This document shows positions 48,476 to 58,755 of a DNA stretch of 64,000 bases, piece after piece. The stretch spans positions 65,312-129,311 of the forward strand of contig CAJJXG010000002.1 in assembly GCA_905197045.1 (NCBI GenBank). Direction: 5' to 3'. The DNA is from an uncultured Bacillales bacterium. GTDB taxonomy: Bacteria; Bacillota_I; Bacilli_A; RFN20; CAG-826. How positions within the stretch are numbered: position 1 is the stretch's first letter; each line of letters begins with the position of its first letter. The notes beneath the pieces are model-generated. The model made no database searches, had not been told where the DNA came from, and saw only the letters and a program-made list of their open reading frames with translations. The position numbers and the translations under genes are program-made.

Positions 48476-50506
48476 TTATTCACTTTGTGATGTAGATCCT
48501 TTGCCAGAATTAATGTCATCATATTTTGCATTATATCCTGGAGCACCTACTTTATATAAATCTGGATTTCCGAAATCAGCAGCTAAAACTTCTGGTAAAA
48601 GCATATATTCTCTTTGACGATTTTGTTGGACAATGGAATTTGCATAGCTCATCCAAGCATCTTCAAGAGTTTGAGCAGCGCTATCTTCAGTAGCTCTTGT
48701 TTCTTTATTAATATATCTTTCGACCATTTCTTGAATGTTTTGGTCTTCAATAGTGTTTAATTTGATTTCGTAATTTGGGTTTAGCCATTTGAAGGTATCG
48801 TATGTATCAATAGCTGTTTTAATACTTGTACTTAAAGTTGATACACGATTTGTATAGCTGTTAACCGTATCATTAACATCATCACCTTTTTTAATAAATC
48901 TAGTTTGAACATAGGTTTGTTTTGGAAGTGTGACGCCATTATCTTGATAAACTGGGAATGTTCCATCAGTTAACCAAGCTGGGTTACCATTAACTAAATT
49001 GTCGGTATTTTTTGGTGAAACTGGAGCATAGTATTCTTCAATTGAAGCTTTCCATGGGTTTTTTGTATCAGCAGTGCCAGCGTCAGTATCAAAAGCTGAT
49101 CTTTCAATAACAATGAAGTGGACACCAGAAGATGATTCTTGATTTCTAACAACCATGATTGGGTTACCATTTGTATCGCAAAGAACACTCTTTGGTTCTT
49201 TTTCTCCGTTAATATTAATTTCACGGAAGTATTCACTACTTGTTAAATGTTCAGCAGGTTGACCACTAGTAGTGTAGTGACCATCATCTTGAATATCAGT
49301 GAAAACTTTTTTTCCTGAAACTGGGTCAGTTTCTTTTCTCATCTGGCCAAGTTTATTTGTATAATCTGAACCTAAATCACCTGCTGTAAATAATCTTTCA
49401 TTAGTAATGAAAGCAACATTTCTATTTTGGAAATATTTATTGAAGTAAATATTTCTTGGATAGTAGTCAGCATCGTTATTGTTGACGGTTACACCATTTT
49501 TAGTAGTAGTATCTTTTACTTGTTCGAGTTCATAGATAACATCATAAGGAATATAACTAACTCCAAAATTAGTTAATGTATTTTTAACGCTTTCTGGAAT
49601 ATGTAAGTTATCAAGTTTTGTTTTATAATTTTCATCTGTTGTTTCGTAATCGTTTTTATGTAAAAGTAAATCATAGGTATAAATACCAAGTTTAAATTCA
49701 TTAACAAATGAAGTGGAGGAATCCATGATGTATTCGCCACCATTTTTACCATTGTCTCCATCATTTCCAGTATCATCTGTATAAAGATTTGCGACTTCAG
49801 CAAAAGGAGTACCAGATGCTAAAGCACTTACAACTTGATAGATTTGGTGAGCATCGTCGCTAGAAATATGTCCGCGAGAATAACCATAATCTTCACTTGC
49901 ATCAACTTGAACTAAAATGTGTCTAATGTGATAAGGGACTTTATTTTGAATGTAACCATTCTTTCCATAAAGAAGGTTATAATCATCTTGTGATCCAGCG
50001 GTTGTGTCAGTGGATTTTTTTTGATAGTCGTTGAAGTTTTCAAAATATTGTTCTTCAACTGTTGTTTTCATTTTTTCGTATTGCTTTTGTAAGAAGAATT
50101 CTTGTTCTTTTTCTTCGGTAGTTAAAGTATCATCCGTGATTTGTGAATCTAAATAATCGGACCAGTTTTGTCCATTATCATCAGCATCATCTTTAGCTTT
50201 ATTTACTTCATCGGTTGCTTGAGCATCAACAGTAGGACTAAATACACTAAGAGCACCACCTTCAGCAAAAGCTCTTCTAATAACGACTTCATTTAAAGCG
50301 TTATAAAAAGCAGCAGCATGATCGTTTCTATTTTGATTGAGATAACGATTGATGATTTCACGTGTACTAATTGTTAAATCTTTTCCGTTATAGGTGTAGG
50401 TAAGAATATACCCCTCTGTGTTATTTGTTACTGAACTACAACCTGAAAGGGAAACAGCGCTTAAAGCTGCAATAGCTAAGCATATTGATTTCTTTCTTTT
50501 GATCAT
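48476..50506 (-). CDS. large lipoprotein with a parvulin-type PPIase (PrsA-like) core
   Basis: MIKRKKSICLAIAALSAVSLSGCSS lipobox, with RBS AAAGGA before the ATG at 50506. The parvulin signature is YHIRHILVQV...GTPFAEVANLYTDD...NGGEYIM...FVNEFKLGIY. Confidence 0.65.
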   Translation of the reverse strand: MIKRKKSICLAIAALSAVSLSGCSSVTNNTEGYILTYTYNGKDLTISTREIINRYLNQNRNDHAAAFYNALNEVVIRRAFAEGGALSVFSPTVDAQATDEVNKAKDDADDNGQNWSDYLDSQITDDTLTTEEKEQEFFLQKQYEKMKTTVEEQYFENFNDYQKKSTDTTAGSQDDYNLLYGKNGYIQNKVPYHIRHILVQVDASEDYGYSRGHISSDDAHQIYQVVSALASGTPFAEVANLYTDDTGNDGDNGKNGGEYIMDSSTSFVNEFKLGIYTYDLLLHKNDYETTDENYKTKLDNLHIPESVKNTLTNFGVSYIPYDVIYELEQVKDTTTKNGVTVNNNDADYYPRNIYFNKYFQNRNVAFITNERLFTAGDLGSDYTNKLGQMRKETDPVSGKKVFTDIQDDGHYTTSGQPAEHLTSSEYFREININGEKEPKSVLCDTNGNPIMVVRNQESSSGVHFIVIERSAFDTDAGTADTKNPWKASIEEYYAPVSPKNTDNLVNGNPAWLTDGTFPVYQDNGVTLPKQTYVQTRFIKKGDDVNDTVNSYTNRVSTLSTSIKTAIDTYDTFKWLNPNYEIKLNTIEDQNIQEMVERYINKETRATEDSAAQTLEDAWMSYANSIVQQNRQREYMLLPEVLAADFGNPDLYKVGAPGYNAKYDDINSGKGSTSQSE

Positions 50507-50740
50507 ATTCAATCCTTTCAACATTAAAAACATTGCTAAAATTAATTAGCGCTTATAATTTTATACTATAAGTATAATTTAGACAACATAGAAATATCCC
50601 AAAATTCCAGCATGTTTAGCATAGATTTTTGCACAAAATTTAAAAATGTCAAAAATTTTTAAATAAGTTTGAATTTTTTATTTATCATATTGTTTTAATC
50701 TTAACCACTTTTAGTTTAAAATATCTTGCTTGAGGGATGA

Positions 50741-51577
50741 ATGATGGATACTTTAAAGATAAAAGATTTACATGTCAGTGTTGAAGATAAAGAAATTTTA
50801 AAAGGATTAAACCTTACAATACAAAAAGGCGAAAAGGTTGCTTTACTTGGCCCAAATGGACATGGTAAAAGTACCTTATTAAACGCTATTATGGGTAATC
50901 CTCGCTATAAAGTTACAAGCGGTTCGATCTTGCTTAATGGCGAAGATGTCTTGAGTATGAAGGTTGATGAAAGAAGTAGAAAAGGACTTTTTCTTGCTTT
51001 TCAAAATCCTGTTGAAATTCCAGGAGTTATCAGTGCTGATTTTTATAAAAACGCTTTACAAGAACATTCCGAAAAAAGAATTTCACTTTATCAATTTTAT
51101 AAAGTTTTAGATAACGTTTCAAAAGAGGTTAAAATTCCTTTTGAGATGTTTAACCGCGCATTAAATGATGGATTTAGTGGTGGAGAGAAAAAACGCAACG
51201 AGATTTTACAAATGATGTTATTAAATCCAAAGATTGCTATGCTTGATGAAATTGATAGTGGACTTGATGTTGATGCAATTAACACTGTTAGTGAATGTAT
51301 TAATAAAGAATATAAGGAAAAAGGGACTGGATTTTTAATCATTTCTCACTATGCTCGACTCTTTGAACTTATCAAACCAACACGTAGTGCAGTAATTATT
51401 AATGGAAGAGTTGTATTAGAAGGTGGTCCTGAAGTTTATAAACGAATTGATAAAGAAGGCTATGAGTGGATTAAAGATGAACTTAGTATTTCTTTAGAAA
51501 ACGAAAATGAAAAAGCAATGAACCAAGTTTCAATTGGTGTTTGTGCAACAAAAGAGATTATTAAAAATGGAAAATAA
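50741..51577 (+). CDS. sufC: Fe-S cluster assembly ATPase SufC
   Basis: GPNGHGKST, FSGGEKKRNEILQ and LDEIDSGLD. The start is ATG 50741 or 50744 (RBS GAGGGA). Confidence 0.9.
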   Translation: MMDTLKIKDLHVSVEDKEILKGLNLTIQKGEKVALLGPNGHGKSTLLNAIMGNPRYKVTSGSILLNGEDVLSMKVDERSRKGLFLAFQNPVEIPGVISADFYKNALQEHSEKRISLYQFYKVLDNVSKEVKIPFEMFNRALNDGFSGGEKKRNEILQMMLLNPKIAMLDEIDSGLDVDAINTVSECINKEYKEKGTGFLIISHYARLFELIKPTRSAVIINGRVVLEGGPEVYKRIDKEGYEWIKDELSISLENENEKAMNQVSIGVCATKEIIKNGK

Positions 51578-52322
51578 ATTTGTTAAAAATACTCTTTCAT
51601 TTTTAAAGGATAAAGAACAAGAAATTAATGTTAAAAAAGGAGAAAATATCTCTATTGATTTAACAGATATTTTTGATGCTTCCTTAACATTATTTTTACA
51701 AAAAGATTCTACATGTTCTTTAAGAATTTTTTATAAAAATGAGAAAAATAGTTTAGATTTGCACGCTAATTTAGCAGATAATGCTACTTTAAATATTTAT
51801 TTTGCTGATTTTTCTAAAGGAGATTCTTCTTTATCATCCAATGTAATTTTACTTGGTGAAAACGCAAAAAGTGAGTTTAAATTTTCTTCTCTTTCAACTC
51901 AAATTGATAATAAAAAATATTCAATTTCTTTCTCTCATATTGGTGAAAAAACTGTTTCTAATTTAGAAGGATATAGTGTAAACACAGATTCTTCTAAACT
52001 TAAAGTTGAAGGTATTTCTCATATTGAAAAAGGAGCTATAAAATCTAAGGCTTCTCAAAAAATTAAATCAATTCTTTTTGATAAAACTAGTGAAGCGATA
52101 GCAAATCCAATCTTAAAGATTGATTGCGATGATATTGAGGCAAGCCATGCTTGTGCAATTGGTAGTTTAAATGATGATCATCTTTTCTATCTTTTAAGTC
52201 GTGGTATTGCTTTAGAAGATGCTAAAAAATTAATTACATATGGATATTTAAATCCAATTGTTAATTACTTTTTAGATGAAGAAAAAGAAGAACTTGAAAA
52301 TCTTATTAAGAAGGAATTTTAG
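51567..52322 (+). CDS. sufD: SufD-like Fe-S assembly protein, short form
   Basis: C-terminus is ...EASHACAIGSLNDDHLFYLLSRGI..AKKLI. The ATG at 51567 overlaps the sufC stop. The product is about 251 aa. Confidence 0.7.
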   Translation: MENKFVKNTLSFLKDKEQEINVKKGENISIDLTDIFDASLTLFLQKDSTCSLRIFYKNEKNSLDLHANLADNATLNIYFADFSKGDSSLSSNVILLGENAKSEFKFSSLSTQIDNKKYSISFSHIGEKTVSNLEGYSVNTDSSKLKVEGISHIEKGAIKSKASQKIKSILFDKTSEAIANPILKIDCDDIEASHACAIGSLNDDHLFYLLSRGIALEDAKKLITYGYLNPIVNYFLDEEKEELENLIKKEF

Positions 52323-52324
52323 CT

Positions 52325-53560
52325 ATGTTTGATGTTTCAAAAATTAGAAAAGATTTTCCAATGCTTGATGGCTCAAAAAGTTTAAATAATGGAAAACCAT
52401 TAATTTATTTTGATAATGCCGCAACCACCTTTAAACCATATTCTGTTATTGAAGCTTGTGACAAATACTATAAAGAAGAAAGCGCCAATTCTCATCGTGG
52501 GGATTACGATTTAGCTTTTAAAGTTGACACCATGGTTGATGAAGTTAGAGAAAAAGTGGCTAAATTTTTTAATGCTAAAAAAATCGAAATTGTTTTTACA
52601 AGCGGTTGCTCAATGAGTATGAATCTTGTTGCTTTTGGTTATGGATTTAAATATTTAAAAGAAGATGATGAGATTTTATTAACTGAAGCTGAACATGCAA
52701 GTAATGTTTTACCTTGGTTTAAGGTTAGCGAATTAACTGGAGCTAAAATTAGATACATTCCTTTAACTAAAGAAGGACGACTTACGCCAGAAAATTTACG
52801 TAAAGTAATGAACAAGAATGTTAAGGTAGTAAGCGTTGCTGAAATTACTAATGTTTTAGGTTTTAAAAACGATATTAAAGAATTAAGTAAAATTGCTCAT
52901 GAATTTGGGGCAATTCTAGTTTGTGATGCCGCTCAAAGTGCACCACACATGAAAATTGACGTCAAAGATTTAGATTGTGATTTTATGTGTTTAAGTGCTC
53001 ATAAAATGTGTGGACCAACAGGAATTGGTATTCTTTATGGAAAATACGATCTTTTAAAAATTACTGAACCTTTTATGACTGGTGGTGGAGATAATGCTCG
53101 TTTTGATATGTGTGGGAATGTTGCTTATTTAGAACCACCTGCAAAATTTGAAGCTGGAACTATGAATCTTGCCGGAATTTATGGTTTTGGAGCAGCAATA
53201 GATTATTTAAATAATATTGGAATGGATAATATTGAAAAGTATGAAAAAGAACTTCACGATTATGCTATTTCGAAACTTAAAACAATTAAAGATTTGATTA
53301 TTTATAATGAAAGTGCTGATAGTGGAATTATTACATTAAATTATAAAGGTGTTTTTGCTCAAGATGAGGCTAGTTATTTAAATAGCCATGGAATTTGTGT
53401 TAGAAGTGGAGAACACTGTGCTAAGCTTTTAAAAGATATATTAAAAGTTCCTGCTACTGTAAGAGTTAGTTTTTATTTTTATAATACAAAAGAAGAAATT
53501 GATGCTTTATATGAAGCACTTAAAAATGGAGGTAATTTTTTAGATGCCTATTTCAATTAA
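52325..53560 (+). CDS. sufS: cysteine desulfurase SufS
   Basis: PLP site SAHKMCGPTGIG and active-site loop RSGEHCA. Confidence 0.9.
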   Translation: MFDVSKIRKDFPMLDGSKSLNNGKPLIYFDNAATTFKPYSVIEACDKYYKEESANSHRGDYDLAFKVDTMVDEVREKVAKFFNAKKIEIVFTSGCSMSMNLVAFGYGFKYLKEDDEILLTEAEHASNVLPWFKVSELTGAKIRYIPLTKEGRLTPENLRKVMNKNVKVVSVAEITNVLGFKNDIKELSKIAHEFGAILVCDAAQSAPHMKIDVKDLDCDFMCLSAHKMCGPTGIGILYGKYDLLKITEPFMTGGGDNARFDMCGNVAYLEPPAKFEAGTMNLAGIYGFGAAIDYLNNIGMDNIEKYEKELHDYAISKLKTIKDLIIYNESADSGIITLNYKGVFAQDEASYLNSHGICVRSGEHCAKLLKDILKVPATVRVSFYFYNTKEEIDALYEALKNGGNFLDAYFN

Positions 53561-53987
53561 TCCACAAATGATGAGAGAAATTATTATGGATCATTACAAT
53601 AATCCACTCCATAAAAGAGTGCCTTCTACTTTAAATGATTATAAAAAGATTAGAATGGATAGTGATTCTTGTATTGATGACATCACCATTTATTTAAAGA
53701 TAGAAAATGAAAAAATTGTTGATGCTTGTTTTGATGGAATAGCTTGTACTATTTCAACATCGAGTACAGATATTTTGTGTGACTTAATTATTGGTAAAAA
53801 TTTAAAAGAAGCAAAATATATTATTGAACAATACAAAAACATGATTTATGAAAAAGAGTTTGACGATTCGGTATTAGATGAGTTAATTGTTTTTATTAAT
53901 ACACACAAACAGGCTGCTCGTATTAAATGTGCTACCCTTGGTCCAAGTGGAGTTGAAGATATTCTTGATGGGAAAGATGATAAATAA
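53544..53987 (+). CDS. sufU: SufU (IscU-like) sulfur acceptor/scaffold
   Basis: HYNNP...SDSCIDDI...GIACTIS...RIKCATL cysteine pattern. Confidence 0.85.
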   Translation: MPISINPQMMREIIMDHYNNPLHKRVPSTLNDYKKIRMDSDSCIDDITIYLKIENEKIVDACFDGIACTISTSSTDILCDLIIGKNLKEAKYIIEQYKNMIYEKEFDDSVLDELIVFINTHKQAARIKCATLGPSGVEDILDGKDDK

Positions 53988-53989
53988 AT

Positions 53990-55399
53990 ATGAACGACAA
54001 CGAAAAGCTAAATTTAAAAGAAGATAAAGAATATAAATACGATTTTAAAGATAAAGTCGATAGCATTTTTTCTACTGGCAAAGGCTTAAACGAAGAAGTT
54101 ATTAAAGAGATTTCTAAAGCCAAAAATGAACCAGAATGGATGCTAAATTTTCGACTTGATGCTTATCATAAATTTATCAAAATGCCTTTTCTAAACTTTG
54201 GACCTGATGTTACAAATTTAGATTTTGATAGTTATACCTATTTTACGCGTTATGCTAAAGGCGACAAAAATTCCTGGGACGAGGTTCCTGAAACAATTAA
54301 AAATACCTTTCAAAAGCTTGGTATTCCAGAGCAAGAGCAAAAATATTTAAGTGGAGCCGCCACTCAATATGAATCAGAAATGGTTTATCATAATATGCTT
54401 AAAGAGGTTGAAGAAAAAGGTGTTATTTTCCTTTCAACTGATATGGCGCTTCAACTTTATCCAGACCTTGTTAAAAAGTTTTTTGGAACAGTAATCCCTG
54501 TTGCTGACAATAAATTTTCTGCTTTAAATGGGGCTGTTTGGAGTGGAGGAAGTTTTATTTATGTTCCAAAAGGCGTAAAACTTGAAAAACCTCTTCAATC
54601 ATATTTTAGAATAAACAATGAAAAAACAGGTCAATTTGAAAGAACGCTTATAATTTGTGATGAAGGAAGCGATGTTCATTATGTTGAAGGATGTACAGCG
54701 CCAATTTATTCAAAAGAATCTTTACATGCTGCAGTAGTTGAAATTATTGTTATGAAAGGGGCTAAATGCCGTTATTCTACAGTTCAAAATTGGTCTAATA
54801 ACATAGTTAATTTAGTTACTAAAAGAGCTAATGTTTATGAAGATGGCATCATGGAATGGATTGATGGAAATATTGGTAGCCAAATTAATATGAAATATCC
54901 AGCCTGTATTTTAAAAGGAGAAAGAGCAAAATGTATTTGTATTTCTATTGCCGTTGCTGGAAAAGGTCAATTTCAAGATGCTGGTGCCAGAATGATTCAT
55001 GAAGCTCCAAATACAACCAGTTCAATTATTTCAAAATCTATTGTTAAAAATGGTGGAACTAGCAATTATCGTGGAACTTGTCGCATCAAAAAAGAAGCTA
55101 TTAATTCAAAAGCTCACGTTGAATGCGATACATTGATTTTAGATTCATATTCTAAATCAGATACGATTCCAAAAAATGAATGTCACAATAATTCAAGCTT
55201 TTTAGAGCATGAAGCAACCGTTAGTAAAATTAGCGAAGATCAACTTTTCTACTTGATGAGCCGTGGAATTAGTGAAAAAGATGCTACACAAATGATTATT
55301 ATGGGCTTTATTGAGCCTTTCTCAAAAGAATTACCAATGGAATATGCGGTTGAACTTAACCAATTAATTAAAATGGATATGGAGGGAAGTGTTGGTTAA
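53990..55399 (+). CDS. sufB: Fe-S cluster assembly protein SufB
   Basis: The typical SufB sequence runs throughout (…[14 protein letters not shown]…[21 protein letters not shown]…). Confidence 0.95.
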   Translation: MNDNEKLNLKEDKEYKYDFKDKVDSIFSTGKGLNEEVIKEISKAKNEPEWMLNFRLDAYHKFIKMPFLNFGPDVTNLDFDSYTYFTRYAKGDKNSWDEVPETIKNTFQKLGIPEQEQKYLSGAATQYESEMVYHNMLKEVEEKGVIFLSTDMALQLYPDLVKKFFGTVIPVADNKFSALNGAVWSGGSFIYVPKGVKLEKPLQSYFRINNEKTGQFERTLIICDEGSDVHYVEGCTAPIYSKESLHAAVVEIIVMKGAKCRYSTVQNWSNNIVNLVTKRANVYEDGIMEWIDGNIGSQINMKYPACILKGERAKCICISIAVAGKGQFQDAGARMIHEAPNTTSSIISKSIVKNGGTSNYRGTCRIKKEAINSKAHVECDTLILDSYSKSDTIPKNECHNNSSFLEHEATVSKISEDQLFYLMSRGISEKDATQMIIMGFIEPFSKELPMEYAVELNQLIKMDMEGSVG

Positions 55400-57288
55400 T
55401 GATTAATTACGATTATGATGTAATTGTTGTTGGAGGAGGCCACGCTGGATGCGAGGCTTCTTTTGCATGCGCTCATCGAAACGAGAAAACACTTCTAATT
55501 ACTTTAAATATTAAAATGATGGCTAATATGCCATGTAATCCTTCTATTGGTGGTAGCGCCAAAGGAATTGTAGTTCGTGAAATTGATGCGCTTGGCGGAA
55601 TGATGGGCAAAATTTGTGATCAAGAATACCTCCAAATGAAGATGCTTAATACAAAAAAAGGCCCTGGTGTTCAATGTTTAAGGGCTCAGGCTGATAAGCA
55701 TAGATATCCTCATCATATGCAAGAAGAGCTTTTGAATACAAAGAATTTAGATGTTTTAGAAGATGAAGTTAAAGAAATCTTGCACGATGAAAGTAAAGTT
55801 TATGGTGTTCGCACAAAAAGTGGCAAAGAAATAAGTGCAAAGGCGATAGTTCTTGCTACTGGAACTTACATGAATAGTGAGATTTTAAGAGGTCATCATA
55901 AATTTAGCGGTGGTCCAGATGGAGAAAAACCAAGCGTAGGTTTGAGCGATTCTTTAATAAAAATGGGAATTAAACTTCAAAGACTAAAAACTGGTACTCC
56001 TCAAAGAATTGCTAAAGAATCAATTGATTTTTCAAAAACTGAAATCCAATATGGAAATGTTGATAATCAAGCTTTTAGTTATGAAACACATTCATTTGTG
56101 CCTTTAAAAGATCAAATTCCTTGTTATTTGATATATACAACACCAAAAACACACGAGATTATTCGAAATAATCTTGAAAAAAGTGCTATGTATGGTGGAC
56201 TTGTAACTGGTGTTGGGCCAAGATATTGTCCTTCAATTGAAGACAAAATTGTTCGTTTTGCTGATAAGCCTCGCCATCAATTATTTTTAGAGCCAGAAAG
56301 CTATGATACTAATTCAATATATCTTCAAGGTTTTTCTACTAGTATGCCTGAAGATATTCAAGTTGAAATGGTGCATTCTTTACCAGGTTTAGAAAATGCT
56401 AAAATTTTAAAATATGCTTATGCTATTGAATATGATGCTTTAGAAAGTGATGAATTTGATGTTTCTTTAATGGTTAAAAAATGGCCAGGTTTATTTATAT
56501 CTGGTCAAATTTGTGGAACAAGCGGCTATGAAGAAGCCGCCGGACTTGGTTTAATTGCTGGAATTAATGCTTCAAAATATATAAGAGGCGAAGAGCCATT
56601 TATTTTAAAAAGAGATGAGGCTTATATCGGTGTAATGATTGACGATTTAATTACCAAAGGTACTAAAGAACCTTATCGTCTTTTAAGTAGTCGCGCCGAA
56701 TATCGTTTACTTTTAAGAAGCGATAATGCTGACTTAAGATTAACTGAATACGGTCATGAACTAGGCTTAATTAGTGAAGAAAGATATCAAAAATTTGTCG
56801 AAAAGAAAGAAAAAATGAGTAAAATTGCTCAAATTCTTGAGAAAACATATTTTGGTGAAACTAGTCCATTAAATGAATATTTAACTTCTCTTGGTTATGA
56901 TAAATTACAAAGCGGTGTAAAAGGAGTCGACATTTTAAAAAGAAATGGTGTTTCTTATCATGAATTAAAGAAATATCTAAATTTAGATGAGACTTTAGAA
57001 TTAGATACGCTTGGTGAATTTGAACTTGAAGTAATGATTAAATATCAAGGCTATATTGAAAATGAAAGAAAAGAAGCTAATAAATTTAGAAAATTAGAAA
57101 ACATAAAACTTTCTAAAAACCTTGATTATTTAAATATGAGTGGACTTAGACTAGAAGCACGTCAAAAATTAGATAAAGTTAAACCAGACACTTTGGGACA
57201 AGCTAGTAGAATTAGTGGTGTAAATCCTAGCGATATTTCTGTTCTTATCTTAAACTTAAAGAAAGGTAAAAACGATGGAAGTTGCTAG
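55399..57288 (+). CDS. mnmG: tRNA uridine 5-carboxymethylaminomethyl modification enzyme MnmG
   Basis: YDVIVVGGGHAGCEA, GPRYCPSIEDK and GQINGTSGYEEAA-like motifs. Confidence 0.95.
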   Translation: MINYDYDVIVVGGGHAGCEASFACAHRNEKTLLITLNIKMMANMPCNPSIGGSAKGIVVREIDALGGMMGKICDQEYLQMKMLNTKKGPGVQCLRAQADKHRYPHHMQEELLNTKNLDVLEDEVKEILHDESKVYGVRTKSGKEISAKAIVLATGTYMNSEILRGHHKFSGGPDGEKPSVGLSDSLIKMGIKLQRLKTGTPQRIAKESIDFSKTEIQYGNVDNQAFSYETHSFVPLKDQIPCYLIYTTPKTHEIIRNNLEKSAMYGGLVTGVGPRYCPSIEDKIVRFADKPRHQLFLEPESYDTNSIYLQGFSTSMPEDIQVEMVHSLPGLENAKILKYAYAIEYDALESDEFDVSLMVKKWPGLFISGQICGTSGYEEAAGLGLIAGINASKYIRGEEPFILKRDEAYIGVMIDDLITKGTKEPYRLLSSRAEYRLLLRSDNADLRLTEYGHELGLISEERYQKFVEKKEKMSKIAQILEKTYFGETSPLNEYLTSLGYDKLQSGVKGVDILKRNGVSYHELKKYLNLDETLELDTLGEFELEVMIKYQGYIENERKEANKFRKLENIKLSKNLDYLNMSGLRLEARQKLDKVKPDTLGQASRISGVNPSDISVLILNLKKGKNDGSC

Positions 57289-57979
57289 TTTAAAAGAGAT
57301 TGAGTTTTTAAAAGATCTTTCAGATTATAAAATTTCTCTTTTAAAAGAGTATATGAATTTTACTTTGGAAGAGAACAAGAAATTTAATTTAACTTCTTTA
57401 GATTCTGAAGATGAATTCATTGTTAAAAATATTCTTGATTCTTTACTTGTTGTCAAATTTTTACAAGACGATTTTTCTAATAAAAGAGTTGTTGATATTG
57501 GTAGTGGAGCTGGACTTCCTGGAATACCTTTAGCAATTTATTATCCAAACACAAAGTTTTATTTACTTGAACCAACAACTAAAAGAGCAAACTTTTTAAA
57601 GCGCGCAATTGAATTCCTTAAGCTTGAAAATGTTGAAGTTATTAATGAAAGAGCCGAATTGCTTGCTAGATCTAATTTTGAGAAATTTGACATAGCAACC
57701 GCTAGAGCAGTAGCAAATATCAACATTCTTTTAGAGCTTGCTATGCCTCTTTTAAAAATAGGCGGAACTTTTATTGCGTATAAAGGAAAAAACTACAAAG
57801 AAGAGGCAAATAGTATTAAATTAGCACTTAACGAGTTGAAAACTAGTAGTAAATTAGTAGTCAATTGCGTACTTCCATATACATCTGAAGAAAGAAATTT
57901 TGCTTTTTTTGAAAAGAAAGAAGAAATTTCGAACAAATATCCTAGAAATTATAGTTTAATTAAAAAGAGACCATTATGA
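57275..57979 (+). CDS. rsmG: 16S rRNA m7G527 methyltransferase RsmG
   Basis: DIGSGAGLPGIPLAI SAM motif. Synteny is mnmG-rsmG. Confidence 0.9.
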   Translation: MEVASLKEIEFLKDLSDYKISLLKEYMNFTLEENKKFNLTSLDSEDEFIVKNILDSLLVVKFLQDDFSNKRVVDIGSGAGLPGIPLAIYYPNTKFYLLEPTTKRANFLKRAIEFLKLENVEVINERAELLARSNFEKFDIATARAVANINILLELAMPLLKIGGTFIAYKGKNYKEEANSIKLALNELKTSSKLVVNCVLPYTSEERNFAFFEKKEEISNKYPRNYSLIKKRPL

Positions 57980-58755
57980 AGAATTGGGTTATATCTATCG
58001 TTAATCAAAAAGGCGGAGTCGGAAAGACTACAACGGCTATAAATTTAGCCGCCTCTTTAGCATCCCTTGGTAAAAAAGTTTTAATTATTGATTTTGATGC
58101 GCAGGGAAATAGTTCAAGGGGTTATGGAATTGATATTACTTTACTTAATAAAACGATTTTTGAGGCCTTAATTGGTAAATATGATATAAATGCTATTATT
58201 AAAAAGACACTAGTTAAAAATGTAGATGTTGTTCCATCTAATTTGCGCTTGTCTTATTTTGATAGCGAAATTGGCTCGTTAAATGTTGAACCTTTTACCG
58301 TTTTAAAAAATGTTTTGGCTAAATTAAATAGAAATTATGACTTCATTTTAATCGATTGTCCGCCAAGCTTAGGACTTTTATCAATTAATGCTTTAGCAGC
58401 CTCTAATTCAGCTTTAATTCCTGTTCAATGTGAATATTTTGCAATGGAAGGATTAGCGCAAGTTTTAGCTAGTATTAAAAAAGTACAATCTAGTTATAAT
58501 CATAATCTAGAGATTGAAGGATTTTTATTAACAATGTATGAAACTCGTTCAACGCTAGGTAAAGAAATTGTAAGTCAAGTAAGAGGACTTTTTAGAGAGA
58601 ATACTTTCAATGTAGAAATTCCTCGAAATATATCAATAAGTGAAGCAAGTGGAAAAGGGATGCCTGTTCTTTTATATAAGCCAACAAGTGCAGGAGCAAG
58701 AAGTTATTTACAACTTGCTAGGGAGATTTTAGATAATGACAGTAGAAGAAAATAA
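57976..58755 (+). CDS. parA: ParA/Soj chromosome-partitioning ATPase
   Basis: Deviant Walker A NQKGGVGKTTTAINLA. The IDCPPSLG motif is also present. Confidence 0.9.
   Translation: MKNWVISIVNQKGGVGKTTTAINLAASLASLGKKVLIIDFDAQGNSSRGYGIDITLLNKTIFEALIGKYDINAIIKKTLVKNVDVVPSNLRLSYFDSEIGSLNVEPFTVLKNVLAKLNRNYDFILIDCPPSLGLLSINALAASNSALIPVQCEYFAMEGLAQVLASIKKVQSSYNHNLEIEGFLLTMYETRSTLGKEIVSQVRGLFRENTFNVEIPRNISISEASGKGMPVLLYKPTSAGARSYLQLAREILDNDSRRK

Noticed and set aside
50356-50371. GATTTCACGTGTACTA as a possible parS site.
   Set aside because: It has five mismatches to TGTTTCACGTGAAACA, lies inside a lipoprotein coding region, and only the central CACGTG is shared.
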